DNA of 64,000 nucleotides from Alphaproteobacteria bacterium (GTDB taxonomy: Bacteria > Pseudomonadota > Alphaproteobacteria > SP197): contig OZ245842.1 in assembly GCA_965228895.1 (NCBI GenBank), positions 1,792,001 to 1,856,000 of the forward strand, read 5' to 3'. Below, piece after piece: positions 32,301 through 42,252 of the stretch; position 1 is the first letter of the stretch, and each line of letters begins with the position of its first letter. Made by a program: the position numbers and the translations under genes. Below the pieces are notes generated by a model. That model was not told the origin of the DNA. It made no database searches and saw nothing but the letters and a program-made list of their open reading frames with translations.

Positions 32301-33596
32301 TCAGTCTGCCAGCGCCCGGCCGATGATCGCGCCGGCGTGGCGGATGTAGAAGCCGTAGTCGAAGATCTCATCCAAGGCTTCGGCACTGACCTTGGCCGCG
32401 ACCTCGGGGTCGGCCTTCAGGCGCTCGAGAAAACCGCCGCCTTCGTTCCAGGTCGCCATCGCGTTGGTCTGTACCAGGCGATAGGCGTCTTCGCGGCTGA
32501 CGCCTGCCTGGGTTAGCGCCAGGAGGACGCGCTGGGAAAACACCAGGCCACCCTGCCGATCCAGATTGGCCTTCATGTTTTCGGGATAGACCACCAAGCC
32601 CTCGACGACCCGGGTCATGCGAACCAGGGCGAAGTCGAGCCCGATGGTCGCGTCGGGCGCGATGTTGCGTTCGACGGACGAGTGGGAGATATCCCGCTCG
32701 TGCCACAGCGCGACGTTTTCGAGCGCTGGGACGACGGCGCTGCGGACGAGACGCGCCAGGCCGGTCAGGTTCTCGGTCAGGATGGGGTTGCGCTTGTGGG
32801 GCATGGCCGAGCTGCCTTTCTGCCCAGCCGTGAACTGCTCTTCGGCCTCGCGCAACTCCGTGCGTTGGAGATGGCGGATCTCCGTCGCCAGTCGCTCGAT
32901 CGAGGAGGCGACCACGGCGAGCGCGGCAAAAAACGCCGCGTGGCGATCGCGCGGGATGACCTGGGTCGAGACCGGCTCCGGCGTCAGGCCAAGCTTTTCG
33001 GCGACATGGGCTTCGACGGCCGGATCGACGGTGGCGAAGGTGCCGACCGGGCCCGAGATGGCGCAGGTCGCGACTTCCGCCCGCGCGACTTCCAGCCGGC
33101 GCTTGCCGCGGGCGAACTCCGCATAGAACGAGGCAAGTTTGAGCCCGAAACTGGTGGGCTCGGCATGGATGCCGTGGCTGCGGCCGACACAAAGCGTCGC
33201 CTTGTGCTCGAGCGTGCGCGCCTTCAGCGCCGCCAAAAGTTTGTCCATGTCGGCGAGCAGCAGGTCGGCGGCTTCCGTGAGCTGCACGGCGAAGGTCGTG
33301 TCGAGCACGTCCGACGAGGTCATGCCCTGATGCATGTAGCGGCCTTCCTCGCCGACATGCTCCGTGACGTTGGTCAGGAAGGCGATGACATCGTGTTTGG
33401 TCTCGGCCTCGATCTCGTCGATGCGCGCGACGTCGAAACCGCCGCGCTCCCTGAGCGCTTTCGCGACGCCTGCGGGGATCGTGCCCTGGCGTTCCATGGC
33501 TTCGGCGGCCAAGGTCTCGATTTCCAGCATGATGCGGAACTTGTTCTCCGGCTCCCAGATGGCGGCCATCTCGGGGCGGGTATAACGCGAAATCAT
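32301..33596 (-). CDS. purB: Adenylosuccinate lyase
   Basis: TKHDVIAF, GRSHGIHAEP, GSSAMPHKRNP. Confidence 0.97.
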   Translation of the reverse strand: MISRYTRPEMAAIWEPENKFRIMLEIETLAAEAMERQGTIPAGVAKALRERGGFDVARIDEIEAETKHDVIAFLTNVTEHVGEEGRYMHQGMTSSDVLDTTFAVQLTEAADLLLADMDKLLAALKARTLEHKATLCVGRSHGIHAEPTSFGLKLASFYAEFARGKRRLEVARAEVATCAISGPVGTFATVDPAVEAHVAEKLGLTPEPVSTQVIPRDRHAAFFAALAVVASSIERLATEIRHLQRTELREAEEQFTAGQKGSSAMPHKRNPILTENLTGLARLVRSAVVPALENVALWHERDISHSSVERNIAPDATIGLDFALVRMTRVVEGLVVYPENMKANLDRQGGLVFSQRVLLALTQAGVSREDAYRLVQTNAMATWNEGGGFLERLKADPEVAAKVSAEALDEIFDYGFYIRHAGAIIGRALAD

Positions 33597-33739
33597 GATC
33601 GTAGGCTCAAAACGAGAAAACGAGCGCTAGACCTATCATGAAAAGTGGTTGAGCGCACGACGGGCGCGTCGCCTGAAAGCTGGCTGACAAGGGGCCCGGT
33701 TTTGCTACGCTGCCAACGACAGTTCAAAGGGAGACCGCC

Positions 33740-34120
33740 ATGTCGGAAAAGCTCAATGCGAAGCGCCACGTGTTCAACATCAAGGATGCGCCGTGGCAAG
33801 TCTACGACCTGCAGGGCAAATCTCAGGAAGACTGCCATTGGGCCAATCTGAGTTACAACGACAAATCCGGCGAGGGCTGCTTCCTGTTCCGGTTCGGCGC
33901 CGGCGCCCACTCAATCCCTCACGAGCACCTGGGCTTCGAGGAGTTCTATGTCCTGGAGGGGACGATCGAGGATAACGATGGTTACGTGTACAACCCCGGA
34001 GACTTTGTGTCTTTGGGTCCGGGCTCACGCCATTGCTCCCACTCCGATGACGGGGCGGTCGTCGCCGTGTTTTTCCGCGGCGGATTCCGCAACGTCGAAT
34101 GGGCTGAGTTGGACGACTGA
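33740..34120 (+). CDS. Cupin domain protein (ChrR-like)
   Basis: PHEHLGFEEFYVLEG, PGSRH. Confidence 0.85.
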   Translation: MSEKLNAKRHVFNIKDAPWQVYDLQGKSQEDCHWANLSYNDKSGEGCFLFRFGAGAHSIPHEHLGFEEFYVLEGTIEDNDGYVYNPGDFVSLGPGSRHCSHSDDGAVVAVFFRGGFRNVEWAELDD

Positions 34121-34363
34121 ACGCCGGCCGAACAGGCCGCTTCTGCAGAACTTCAGAATACAGAGAAATTGCGATTAATATCAATAAGATAAACTAAAAA
34201 CCTTATGTGATATATGAAGCGTCAGGTGGTGGAATGTGTGGGCTGTGGTGCTCGTTTGTGGTGGCGGAATCGTGATGGCGCTGTTGGTTTTGTCGACGGT
34301 TGGGCGTTCCCATACTGACAGGACGGATCGGGCCTTCATAACGTCTCGGGAAAGGCCATACAT

Positions 34364-35347
34364 ATGCAACGACGTCAGGTGCTTCTGGCTGCCGCCGGCG
34401 CGGGTTTTCTCTCGTTTGTGGGAACGGCGCGGGCAGCGCCGAGTTCCGAACTCATCGACGATCATTGGTTGGGTGAAGGCGGCGGCGGGAAGATCGCCCA
34501 CGACCAATGGCAACAGTGGCTGGACCGTTATCTCGTCGTGTCCGATGACGGTATCACGCGGGTCCGGTATGGCGATGTCAGCGAAGAGGACCGCGATCAT
34601 CTTCGCCGCTACCTCGACGCCATGGCGACGATCGACATCACCGCGCACACCCGCGATGAACAGTACGCCTATTGGCTCAATCTCTATAACGCGGTGACCG
34701 CGGACGTCATTTTGACGGACTACCCGGTCTCGAGCATTCGCGATATCAACGATGGCCTCTTCTCCTTCGGTCCATGGAGCCGCGAGCTGATCGAGGTCGA
34801 GGGCAGGGCCTTGTCGCTGGATGATATCGAGCATGGCATCTTGCGGCCGGTCTGGCGCGATCCGCTGATCCACTATGGGGTCAATTGTGCCGCCGTCAGT
34901 TGCCCCAATCTCCTGTTGTCGGCGTTTCGGGGCTCAACGGTGGGCGCCCAGCTGACGGCTGCGGGCCGGGCCTACGTTAACGACCCCCGGGGCGCCGAGA
35001 TTGATGACGATGGTCGCCTGGTCGTCTCCAGCATCTATGTCTGGTTTCAGGAGGATTTCGGCGGCACCGATGCCGGCGTCATCGACCATCTGAGCGCGTA
35101 CGCCGCGGAACCGCTGAAGTCGCGCCTGGCCGAGATGAGCGACATCCATGATGACCGCTACGACTGGTCGCTGAACGATGCGACTGGCGCACCGGCGCCA
35201 GAGCAATCTTACAAGGGTAGCGGCACGCGGAATTCGGGGTCTGCGGTGTCGGAGCAGCCGGGGGCATCGTCGGGTAGCGGATCGGGAAACGTCGGTCGAT
35301 TGGGTAGCGGGACGAAGGTCGTACCGGCGGATCTGGACAATCCCTGA
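34364..35347 (+). CDS. DUF547 domain protein with Tat signal and Ser/Gly-rich tail
   Basis: MQRRQVL Tat motif; AYWLNLYNA, SLDDIEHGILR, IHYGVNCAAVSCP, YDWSLND. Confidence 0.88.
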   Translation: MQRRQVLLAAAGAGFLSFVGTARAAPSSELIDDHWLGEGGGGKIAHDQWQQWLDRYLVVSDDGITRVRYGDVSEEDRDHLRRYLDAMATIDITAHTRDEQYAYWLNLYNAVTADVILTDYPVSSIRDINDGLFSFGPWSRELIEVEGRALSLDDIEHGILRPVWRDPLIHYGVNCAAVSCPNLLLSAFRGSTVGAQLTAAGRAYVNDPRGAEIDDDGRLVVSSIYVWFQEDFGGTDAGVIDHLSAYAAEPLKSRLAEMSDIHDDRYDWSLNDATGAPAPEQSYKGSGTRNSGSAVSEQPGASSGSGSGNVGRLGSGTKVVPADLDNP

Positions 35348-35354
35348 ATCGGAC

Positions 35355-36716
35355 ATGTCAGGCGGCGGCTGGTGGTTTATCGGTGGCTGCCTCGTCGCCG
35401 GCTGTGTGGCCTTGCGCCTGCTGGCGCCCTCCTTTGCCTGGGAGGCTAATTCGGCTTGGCCGATGATGGCCGCCGTCGTTGCCGTCCTCATGGTCCTCGG
35501 GGCGATTTACATGGCACTGCCGCCGCTGATCCGCCGCAGTTCGGCGACCAGCCGGCTGATTGTTCTGGTCGTCGGCTTCGGCGTCGTCATGCGGGTTCTC
35601 TTCTTCGGCTCTGATCCGATCCTTGAGGATGACCACTATCGCTATCTGTGGGATGGCGCGGTGACGGCGGAGGGTCATGACCCCTTCCGCTATACGCCTC
35701 AGCAGGCGGCAGCGAACGGCGGCTTGCCGATCCATGATCTGGCGGTTCGGTCCGGCGAGGTTGTCGAGCGGGTCAACCATCCGCACTACCGGACCGTCTA
35801 CCCGACGCTTGCGCAGGCCGGTTTCGCGCTTGCCTACGCCATCGCGCCCTTCAGCCTGGATGCCTGGCGCGGCGTCCTGCTGGCCGCCGAACTGGTCGGC
35901 CTTGGCCTCATTTTGTTGACCCTGAAACAGCTCGGGCTCTCGCCACTATGGGCGGCGCTCTATTGGTGGAACCCCTTGATCGTCAAGGAACTTGCCAATA
36001 GCGCCCACATGGACGGCCTGCTCATACCCTTGTTGGCGGCCATCATGCTGACTGTCGCGTGGCAGCGCCACGTCATCGCCGCGCTGCTGGTCATGCTCGG
36101 CGCCGGCATCAAGCTCTGGCCCCTTCTGTTGCTGCCCGCGGTGCTGCGGCCGCTGCTCGCCCGGCCACGCGTGTTGATGCTCACGCTGGCGCTGGTCGCC
36201 GCCGTCGCCGTGCTGCTGGCGTTGCCGGTTCTGGGTGCGGGGTTACCGCCGAGCTCCGGTTTTGTCGCCTATGGTACGGCCTGGCAGATGAACGATGCCG
36301 GCTTCTCGGTCATGCTTGGCCTTGCCGAGCTGATCTGGACGCCGGATGCGGCGGCAACTGCGGCGCGTCTCGCCGTGATTATGGTCTTGGCGTTGTTGTT
36401 GATCATCGTACTGCGAAAGCCTGCCGCCGACAGCGAGCGCGCGATCGGCACGCTGTTGATTGTGAGCGCCGGTTTGTTCTTGCTCGGCCCGACAGGTTTT
36501 CCCTGGTACATCGCTTGGTTCCTGCCGTTCCTTACAGTTGTACCGGTCATGCCGTTGCTGCTGCTGACGGCGCTTCTGCCGCTTTACTATCTGCGTTTCG
36601 CGTTCGCCGCCGAGGGTATGGATCACCTCTTTGACCGCTACATCGTGTGGATGGAGTTTGGCCCCGTCTGGCTTTGGCTTGGCCTGATCGCCATGCGGCG
36701 CTGGAGGCAAGGCTGA
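35355..36716 (+). CDS. Polytopic membrane glycosyltransferase (GT-C; GT87/DUF2029-like)
   Basis: EDDHYRYLWDG, TVYP, YWWNPL, SAHMD, FPWY; many transmembrane helices. Confidence 0.8.
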   Translation: MSGGGWWFIGGCLVAGCVALRLLAPSFAWEANSAWPMMAAVVAVLMVLGAIYMALPPLIRRSSATSRLIVLVVGFGVVMRVLFFGSDPILEDDHYRYLWDGAVTAEGHDPFRYTPQQAAANGGLPIHDLAVRSGEVVERVNHPHYRTVYPTLAQAGFALAYAIAPFSLDAWRGVLLAAELVGLGLILLTLKQLGLSPLWAALYWWNPLIVKELANSAHMDGLLIPLLAAIMLTVAWQRHVIAALLVMLGAGIKLWPLLLLPAVLRPLLARPRVLMLTLALVAAVAVLLALPVLGAGLPPSSGFVAYGTAWQMNDAGFSVMLGLAELIWTPDAAATAARLAVIMVLALLLIIVLRKPAADSERAIGTLLIVSAGLFLLGPTGFPWYIAWFLPFLTVVPVMPLLLLTALLPLYYLRFAFAAEGMDHLFDRYIVWMEFGPVWLWLGLIAMRRWRQG

Positions 36717-37417
36717 TGCGCCACGATAGGACCATCGCCGTGATCATCCCGGCGCTCAACGAGGCGGAGACGGTTGGCGACGTCATCGTGCGCATCCCGA
36801 CCTGGATCGACCGCATTGTGGTTGTCGACAACGGATCTGAGGACGGAACGGTCGACCGCGCGGCGCATGCCGGCGCCCATGTCGTCCAGGAACCCCAACG
36901 CGGTTACGGCGCGGCCTGTTTGCGTGGCCTGGCGAGCGCGCCGGACGCTGATATCTATGTCTTCGTCGATGCCGATCTTTCCGACGATCCCCGCCATATG
37001 GCCGATCTCGTCGATCCGATCGTGGAGGAGGGCGTCGATCTTGTCATCGGCGCGAGGTCGGTGGCGGAACCGGGCGCGCTGACCTTTGTGCAGCGTTTCG
37101 GCAACTGGCTTGCCTGTTGCCTGATGTCCGCGTTCTGGCGTTGCAGCTTTACCGACCTCGGCCCGTTTCGAGCGATCGGCGCGCCTGCACTCCGGCGGCT
37201 CGACATGCGCGACCAAACCTGGGGCTGGACCGTCGAGATGCAGGTCAAGGCGGTGCGCCATCGGCTGGTCACGCGGGAAATCCCGGTCACCTATCGCCGG
37301 CGCGCCGCCGGTCGCTCCAAGATCTCCGGCACCATCGTCGGGTCCGTGCGGGCCGGGTCGAAGATCCTCTTCGTCATTCTCTCCCAGGTCTTCGCCGCCA
37401 GACCCGCCGTCAGGTAA
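36716..37417 (+). CDS. GT2 family glycosyltransferase
   Basis: IIPALNEA, VVDNGSED, GYGAAC, DADLSD, TDLGPFRAI. Confidence 0.92.
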   Translation: MRHDRTIAVIIPALNEAETVGDVIVRIPTWIDRIVVVDNGSEDGTVDRAAHAGAHVVQEPQRGYGAACLRGLASAPDADIYVFVDADLSDDPRHMADLVDPIVEEGVDLVIGARSVAEPGALTFVQRFGNWLACCLMSAFWRCSFTDLGPFRAIGAPALRRLDMRDQTWGWTVEMQVKAVRHRLVTREIPVTYRRRAAGRSKISGTIVGSVRAGSKILFVILSQVFAARPAVR

Positions 37418-38210
37418 GCAGAAGACGGGCTTCGCCGAGCCCGTCGATCGCGCAGATTGTCTGCTCGCCGCGCCCGATCGGCGTTGCGATGACGACACTG
37501 CCGGTCGAGACGATATCGCCCTTCTTCAGATGCTTGCCGCGCGCGGCCAGATGATCGGCGAGCCAGGCCAGTGCGGCGAACGGATGGCCCATGACATCGC
37601 TGCCTTTGCCGCGTCCTCTGGCTTCGCCGGCCACATGGGTCGTACCGATCATGGCCGCCAGGTCCAGCGTGGACCAGTCGGTTCGCTCTGGGCCCAAGAC
37701 CACCGCCTTCTGAAAGAAATCGTCGGCGATGAACTCGGCGGCAGCCCGTTCGGGCCGGTCCTGGTAACGCTCTTCGGTAATTTCCATGGCCGTCATGGCG
37801 GAATAGACAAACGGCGCGATGCTCTCCCGGTCATAGCCGTTGTCGTTGATCGGCGCATCGGCGCCGAGCCGGATGGCGATCTCGCACTCGGCCATGGGTG
37901 AGACGAATTGCTCGAAGGGCCGTGTCAGGGGTGAAGGGTGGATGTCGGCCGCCAAGATGCCGCCGACGCAGGGGCTCGGGATACCCAGCATTTCCTGCAT
38001 CACGGGCGTCGTGCAGCCAAGCTTCCAGCCACCCAGCGCCTGGCCCGCGTCGGCGCGCTTGGCATGAATGCGATCCTGGATGGCGTAAGCATCATCCACG
38101 TCTGACGGCCGCCAGGCGTTGGGCCAGTGGCCCATCAGCCTGTTGGCGTCGCGGTCGGCGATAAGCTGCGCCGCCGCCGTTTCCACCTGTTCAGGGTTCA
38201 TCACCAACAT
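37410..38210 (-). CDS. 2-keto-4-pentenoate hydratase / FAH family protein
   Basis: DAYAIQ, GWKLGCT, ECEIA, GHPFAALAWLA, STGS. Confidence 0.88.
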   Translation of the reverse strand: MLVMNPEQVETAAAQLIADRDANRLMGHWPNAWRPSDVDDAYAIQDRIHAKRADAGQALGGWKLGCTTPVMQEMLGIPSPCVGGILAADIHPSPLTRPFEQFVSPMAECEIAIRLGADAPINDNGYDRESIAPFVYSAMTAMEITEERYQDRPERAAAEFIADDFFQKAVVLGPERTDWSTLDLAAMIGTTHVAGEARGRGKGSDVMGHPFAALAWLADHLAARGKHLKKGDIVSTGSVVIATPIGRGEQTICAIDGLGEARLLLT

Positions 38211-38320
38211 CCCTATCAATCGTGCTTCGCGCTACCTGTCATGTTCGCTAGCATGCGCGCCGACCGCCTGTCTCGCGCCGATTGGTCCGCGCGCCGTAGT
38301 TCACGAGAGGATCCCCAAGA

Positions 38321-39574
38321 ATGAAGAACCCCCAAGACGTCAAGCTGGGTGACGGGACACCCGGCGGCTGGCTCAAGGATACGGAGCCGCAGATCGACAT
38401 GAAGCGCATGCGCGGCTATCGACTGCAACGCACCCGCGATGAGCTGGTCCGCCTGGACCTGGACGGTGTCGTGCTCTACGACCCCGTCAACGTGCGCTAC
38501 GCGACGGGCACGCGGAACATGTCGATCCACTGCATGCACACGCCGTCGCGCTTTGTCTTTGTGCCCGCGTCCGGCCCGGTCACGCTCTTCGAATACCGGA
38601 CGGCCCAGCACCTGGTGCATGGCATCGAGACGATCGATGAACTACGGCCCGCCGTCTCGTGGAACTATTTCTCTGCCGGCCCCAACCGCGAGGCCCGCGC
38701 CCAGAAGTGGGCGGCGGAGCTTGCGGATGTCATCCGCGAGACCTGCGGCAAGGACGCCAAGCGCATCGGTTTCGATCATGTCGACCCCTTGGGCACCGAT
38801 CTCATGCGCATGGAAGGTTTTGATGTGTTGGACGGCCAGGAACCGATGGAGTTTGCGCGCGCGGTCAAGTCCGATGACGAAATGGCGGCGATGAAATTCT
38901 CGATTGCGGTTTGCGAAGCCGGCATGTTCGAGATGCAGGAAGCCATGCGCCCGGGTATGACGGAAAACCAACTGTGGGCGATCCTGCATGAGGTCAACAT
39001 CGCCAATGGCGGCGAGTGGATCGAGACGCGTCTGTTGTCGTCGGGTACCCGGACCAATCCGTGGATGCAGGAATGCGGCGACAAGCTGATCCGGCCGGGT
39101 GAACTGGTTGCCTTCGACACCGACCTCGTCGGGCCACTCGGCTACTGCGCGGATATCAGCCGGACCTGGTTCTGTGGTCCCGGCAAGCCGTCGGACGAAC
39201 AGAAGCGGCTCTACACAATTGCCCATGAGCAGGTCGAGCATAACCTGTCGCAGGTGAAGGCGGGCATGACGTTCAAGGAGATGAGCGAGAAGGGCAAGCA
39301 GTTGACCGATGAGTTCGTCGCAAACCGATACGTCTCCATGGCCCATGGCGTGGGCCTTGCCGACGAATACCCGGTCATCGCCTATCCTCAGGACTTCGGT
39401 GGCACCGCCGGCTATGACGGCGTGATCGAAGAGAACATGTGCCTGTGCTTCGAAAGCTATGTTGGCGCCGATGGCGGCGAGGAAGGCGTCAAGCTGGAGC
39501 AGCAGGTGCGCGTCACCAAGGACGGCTGCGAGGTGCTGTCGCGTTATCCCTACGAGGATGAGCTCCTGAACTGA
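38321..39574 (+). CDS. M24 peptidase-fold protein, DddP (DMSP lyase)-like
   Basis: GGEWIETRLLSSG.RTNPW.QEC, FDTD, DISRTW, HGVGLADEYP, ESYVG, GVKLE. Confidence 0.8.
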   Translation: MKNPQDVKLGDGTPGGWLKDTEPQIDMKRMRGYRLQRTRDELVRLDLDGVVLYDPVNVRYATGTRNMSIHCMHTPSRFVFVPASGPVTLFEYRTAQHLVHGIETIDELRPAVSWNYFSAGPNREARAQKWAAELADVIRETCGKDAKRIGFDHVDPLGTDLMRMEGFDVLDGQEPMEFARAVKSDDEMAAMKFSIAVCEAGMFEMQEAMRPGMTENQLWAILHEVNIANGGEWIETRLLSSGTRTNPWMQECGDKLIRPGELVAFDTDLVGPLGYCADISRTWFCGPGKPSDEQKRLYTIAHEQVEHNLSQVKAGMTFKEMSEKGKQLTDEFVANRYVSMAHGVGLADEYPVIAYPQDFGGTAGYDGVIEENMCLCFESYVGADGGEEGVKLEQQVRVTKDGCEVLSRYPYEDELLN

Positions 39575-39583
39575 GCCTGCCGT

Positions 39584-40678
39584 CTAGAATGATGTTCTAA
39601 GCGTTTGTTCGCGCTCGAAGCGTTCGATGGCGAGTTGGATAAGCCGGTCGATGAGGTCGGCGTAGGCGAGGCCGCTTGCTTCCCAAAGTTGCGGATACAT
39701 GCTGATCTTCGTGAAGCCGGGGATGGTGTTGATCTCGTTGACAATCAACTGGCCGTCCGGCCTTAGGAAACAGTCGACGCGGGCCATGCCTTCGCAGGCG
39801 AGTGTTTGAAAGGCGCGAATGGCGAGGGCGCGCATCTCCTCGCTGACGGCTTCGGGAATGTCGGCCGGTATCTCCAACGCCGCGCCATGCTCGTCGATGT
39901 ACTTGGCGTCATAGGAGTAGAACTCGTGGGTAGGAATGATCTCGCCGACAACGGAGACGACGGGGTCGTGGTTGCCCAGGACGGAGCATTCGAGCTCGCG
40001 CCCGTCGACAAACTCCTCGATCAGGATCTTCGTGTCGTAACCGAAGGCGTCCTGAACCGCTCCTTCAAACGTCGTCTCGTCGCTCACCTTGTGAACGCCG
40101 ACCGAGGAGCCGAGATTGGCGGGCTTGACGAAGAAGGGCAGGCCGACCTCGCCAACGACCGTTTCGAAATCGAGGACGTCGTGGTGGCGGTAGACGAGGA
40201 ACTTGGCGATGGGGATGTCGGCGTCACGCATCAGGCGTTTCATGACGTCCTTGTCCATGCCGACCGCCGACCCGAGGATACCGGCGCCGACAAACGGTAC
40301 GCCCGCAAGCTTCAACAAGCCCTGCACGGTGCCGTCTTCGCCAAAGGGGCCGTGCAGAATCGGGAACACGACATCCAGCGCCGCGCGTGTGTCGCCGGCT
40401 GAGAGATCGGTCAGCGCGCCGCCGCTTTGCGGCACCAGCGCGACGTCCGCCTCGTTCTCGCGGTTCAGCTTGATCAGCTTGGGGTCGCTCTCGTTGATCA
40501 GATACCGCGACTGATCGGGAAGCAGCCATCGGCCGGACTTGTCGATGCCGATCAGGGCGACGTCGTACGTCGTCTTGTCGATGGCGTCGGCGACGTTTTT
40601 AGCCGATTGGAGGGAAACCTCGTGTTCCGCCGACTTGCCGCCGAAGAGAATGCCGACCCTGATTTTTCTCTCTGCCAT
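39584..40678 (-). CDS. ddl: D-alanine--D-alanine ligase
   Basis: GGKSAEHEVS, LHGPFGEDG, KPANLGSSVG, NEINTIPG. Confidence 0.95.
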   Translation of the reverse strand: MAERKIRVGILFGGKSAEHEVSLQSAKNVADAIDKTTYDVALIGIDKSGRWLLPDQSRYLINESDPKLIKLNRENEADVALVPQSGGALTDLSAGDTRAALDVVFPILHGPFGEDGTVQGLLKLAGVPFVGAGILGSAVGMDKDVMKRLMRDADIPIAKFLVYRHHDVLDFETVVGEVGLPFFVKPANLGSSVGVHKVSDETTFEGAVQDAFGYDTKILIEEFVDGRELECSVLGNHDPVVSVVGEIIPTHEFYSYDAKYIDEHGAALEIPADIPEAVSEEMRALAIRAFQTLACEGMARVDCFLRPDGQLIVNEINTIPGFTKISMYPQLWEASGLAYADLIDRLIQLAIERFEREQTLRTSF

Positions 40679-40728
40679 GGGGTTTTGTCCCTCCGCTCCG
40701 GCCCCTGCACGGTGCACCCGGATGACAG

Positions 40729-41712
40729 CTATGCCGCGCGATTGTGGTTGTAAAGCGGCATGCTCAGATACTTCATGCCGCTATCGCACATGATGGTCAC
40801 GACCGTGGCGCCGGGACCTAGACGCCGTCCCAGATCGATGGCGGCGACGAGGTTGGCGCCGGTCGAGGTGCCGGCGAACAAAGCCTCAGTCTGGGCCAGG
40901 CGGCGGGCCATGGCCATGGCGTCCGACGTCGAGACGGTGGCGATTTGGTCGATCATGTCAGGGCGCCACAATGGCGGCACGAAACCGGGGCCGACACCCT
41001 CGATCTTGTGCACGCCCGATGTCCCGCCTGAGAGTACCGACGACTCCTCGGCTTCAACCGCGACAAGCAGGATATCCGGCTTGTGACAACGCAGCGCTTC
41101 GCCGTTGCCGCGCAGTGATGCGGACGTGCCGGTACTTTGAACGAACGCATCGATCCGGCCGCCGGTCTGGTCCCAGATCTCGTCGCCCATGATGTGATAG
41201 GCGGGCAGTTGGCCGGCGTTGTTGAGCTGGTCCGTCCAAAAGGCGCCCGTGCGGCCGGCGATCTCGTGGGCCGCCTCGATCATCGCGCGGGTCAGTGCCT
41301 CGTTCATGCCACCCGCATCGCTGTGAATCAGGGTCACCTCCGCGCCGAGGGCGGCCATGTGATCGCGTTTCTCCGCACTGAAGGCGTCGGAGGTCACGAT
41401 GTTGAGCGGGTAACCGCGCGCGGCGCAGATCAAAGCCAGCGATACGCCGGTGCTGCCGCCGGTGTACTCGACAACGCGGCCGCCGGGCTCGAGACGGCCC
41501 GAGCGTTCGCCTGCCTCGATCATGGCAAGCGCCATGCGGTCCTTCATGCTGCCGGTCGGGTTTTCGCTCTCGATTTTGAGCAGGATGCGGGCGCAGTCCT
41601 TGGGGACGATGCGCGTGAGTTCGAGCATGGATGTCTTGCCGATGCACCGCAGCACGGGGGCTTCCACACGTACTGGCTGGCCGATAAGGCGAGTGGGCGA
41701 TGGCGTTGTCAT
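40729..41712 (-). CDS. Cysteine synthase family PLP enzyme
   Basis: NPTGSMKDR, EYTGGSTG, HKIEGVG, DSGMKYLS. Confidence 0.88.
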   Translation of the reverse strand: MTTPSPTRLIGQPVRVEAPVLRCIGKTSMLELTRIVPKDCARILLKIESENPTGSMKDRMALAMIEAGERSGRLEPGGRVVEYTGGSTGVSLALICAARGYPLNIVTSDAFSAEKRDHMAALGAEVTLIHSDAGGMNEALTRAMIEAAHEIAGRTGAFWTDQLNNAGQLPAYHIMGDEIWDQTGGRIDAFVQSTGTSASLRGNGEALRCHKPDILLVAVEAEESSVLSGGTSGVHKIEGVGPGFVPPLWRPDMIDQIATVSTSDAMAMARRLAQTEALFAGTSTGANLVAAIDLGRRLGPGATVVTIMCDSGMKYLSMPLYNHNRAA

Positions 41713-41728
41713 GGCGTCTCCTATTGAT

Positions 41729-41754
41729 TGTATCTACATTTAATGTATATACAT
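41729..41754. promoter_or_regulatory. Tandem palindromic operator, probably for the adjacent MarR
   Basis: TGTATCTACA (41729-41738) and perfect palindrome ATGTATATACAT (41743-41754) between divergent genes. Confidence 0.7.
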
Positions 41755-41760
41755 ATAACT

Positions 41761-42252
41761 GTGAACCGCCAGAAACAACCCGCTCGCAAAACCCTGATCA
41801 CCGACGCGCGCGCGGTCACCGAGACCTGCACGGGTACAAACATCCGCCTTGCCGCGCGCCGCATTACCCGTTTTCTGGAAGCGCGCATGCGGGACTCTGG
41901 GCTGAGTCTCGCGCAGTTCGCCCTGATGAGTCATATCGCGGCGGCCCGGGAGGGTACGGTCGGAGACTTGGCCGAGCGCATGGATCTCGATCAGTCGACG
42001 CTGTCGCGAAACCTGCGCGGCCTTGAGAAGGCCGGGCTCGTCGAACTTGTCCTGGTTGAAAAGGACCTAAGGCGGCGTGCCGTGTGGCTGACCGAGATGG
42101 GCGCGCGACAGCTTGAGGCCGCCATGCCGGCATGGCGCAAGGCGCATGAAGCGTTGTCGGAAGTGATCGATCTAGCTGAGGTCTTGGAACTTACAGCCGA
42201 TAGCGCAAGGCTGACGGAGAACGCCGCCGACAAAATTGCGGTCAATCAATAA
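41761..42252 (+). CDS. MarR family regulator
   Basis: NIRLAARRIT, LAERMDLDQSTLSRNL, DLRRRAVWLT; start uncertain. Confidence 0.88.
   Translation: MNRQKQPARKTLITDARAVTETCTGTNIRLAARRITRFLEARMRDSGLSLAQFALMSHIAAAREGTVGDLAERMDLDQSTLSRNLRGLEKAGLVELVLVEKDLRRRAVWLTEMGARQLEAAMPAWRKAHEALSEVIDLAEVLELTADSARLTENAADKIAVNQ

Noticed and set aside
33740-34120. Cupin as a DddK/DddQ/DddW-type DMSP lyase
   Set aside because: Motif pattern fits a generic ChrR-like cupin; no specific support.
41731-41760. TAATGTATAT resembles the centre of a dif site
   Set aside because: XerC and XerD arms do not match; better explained as a MarR operator between divergent genes.
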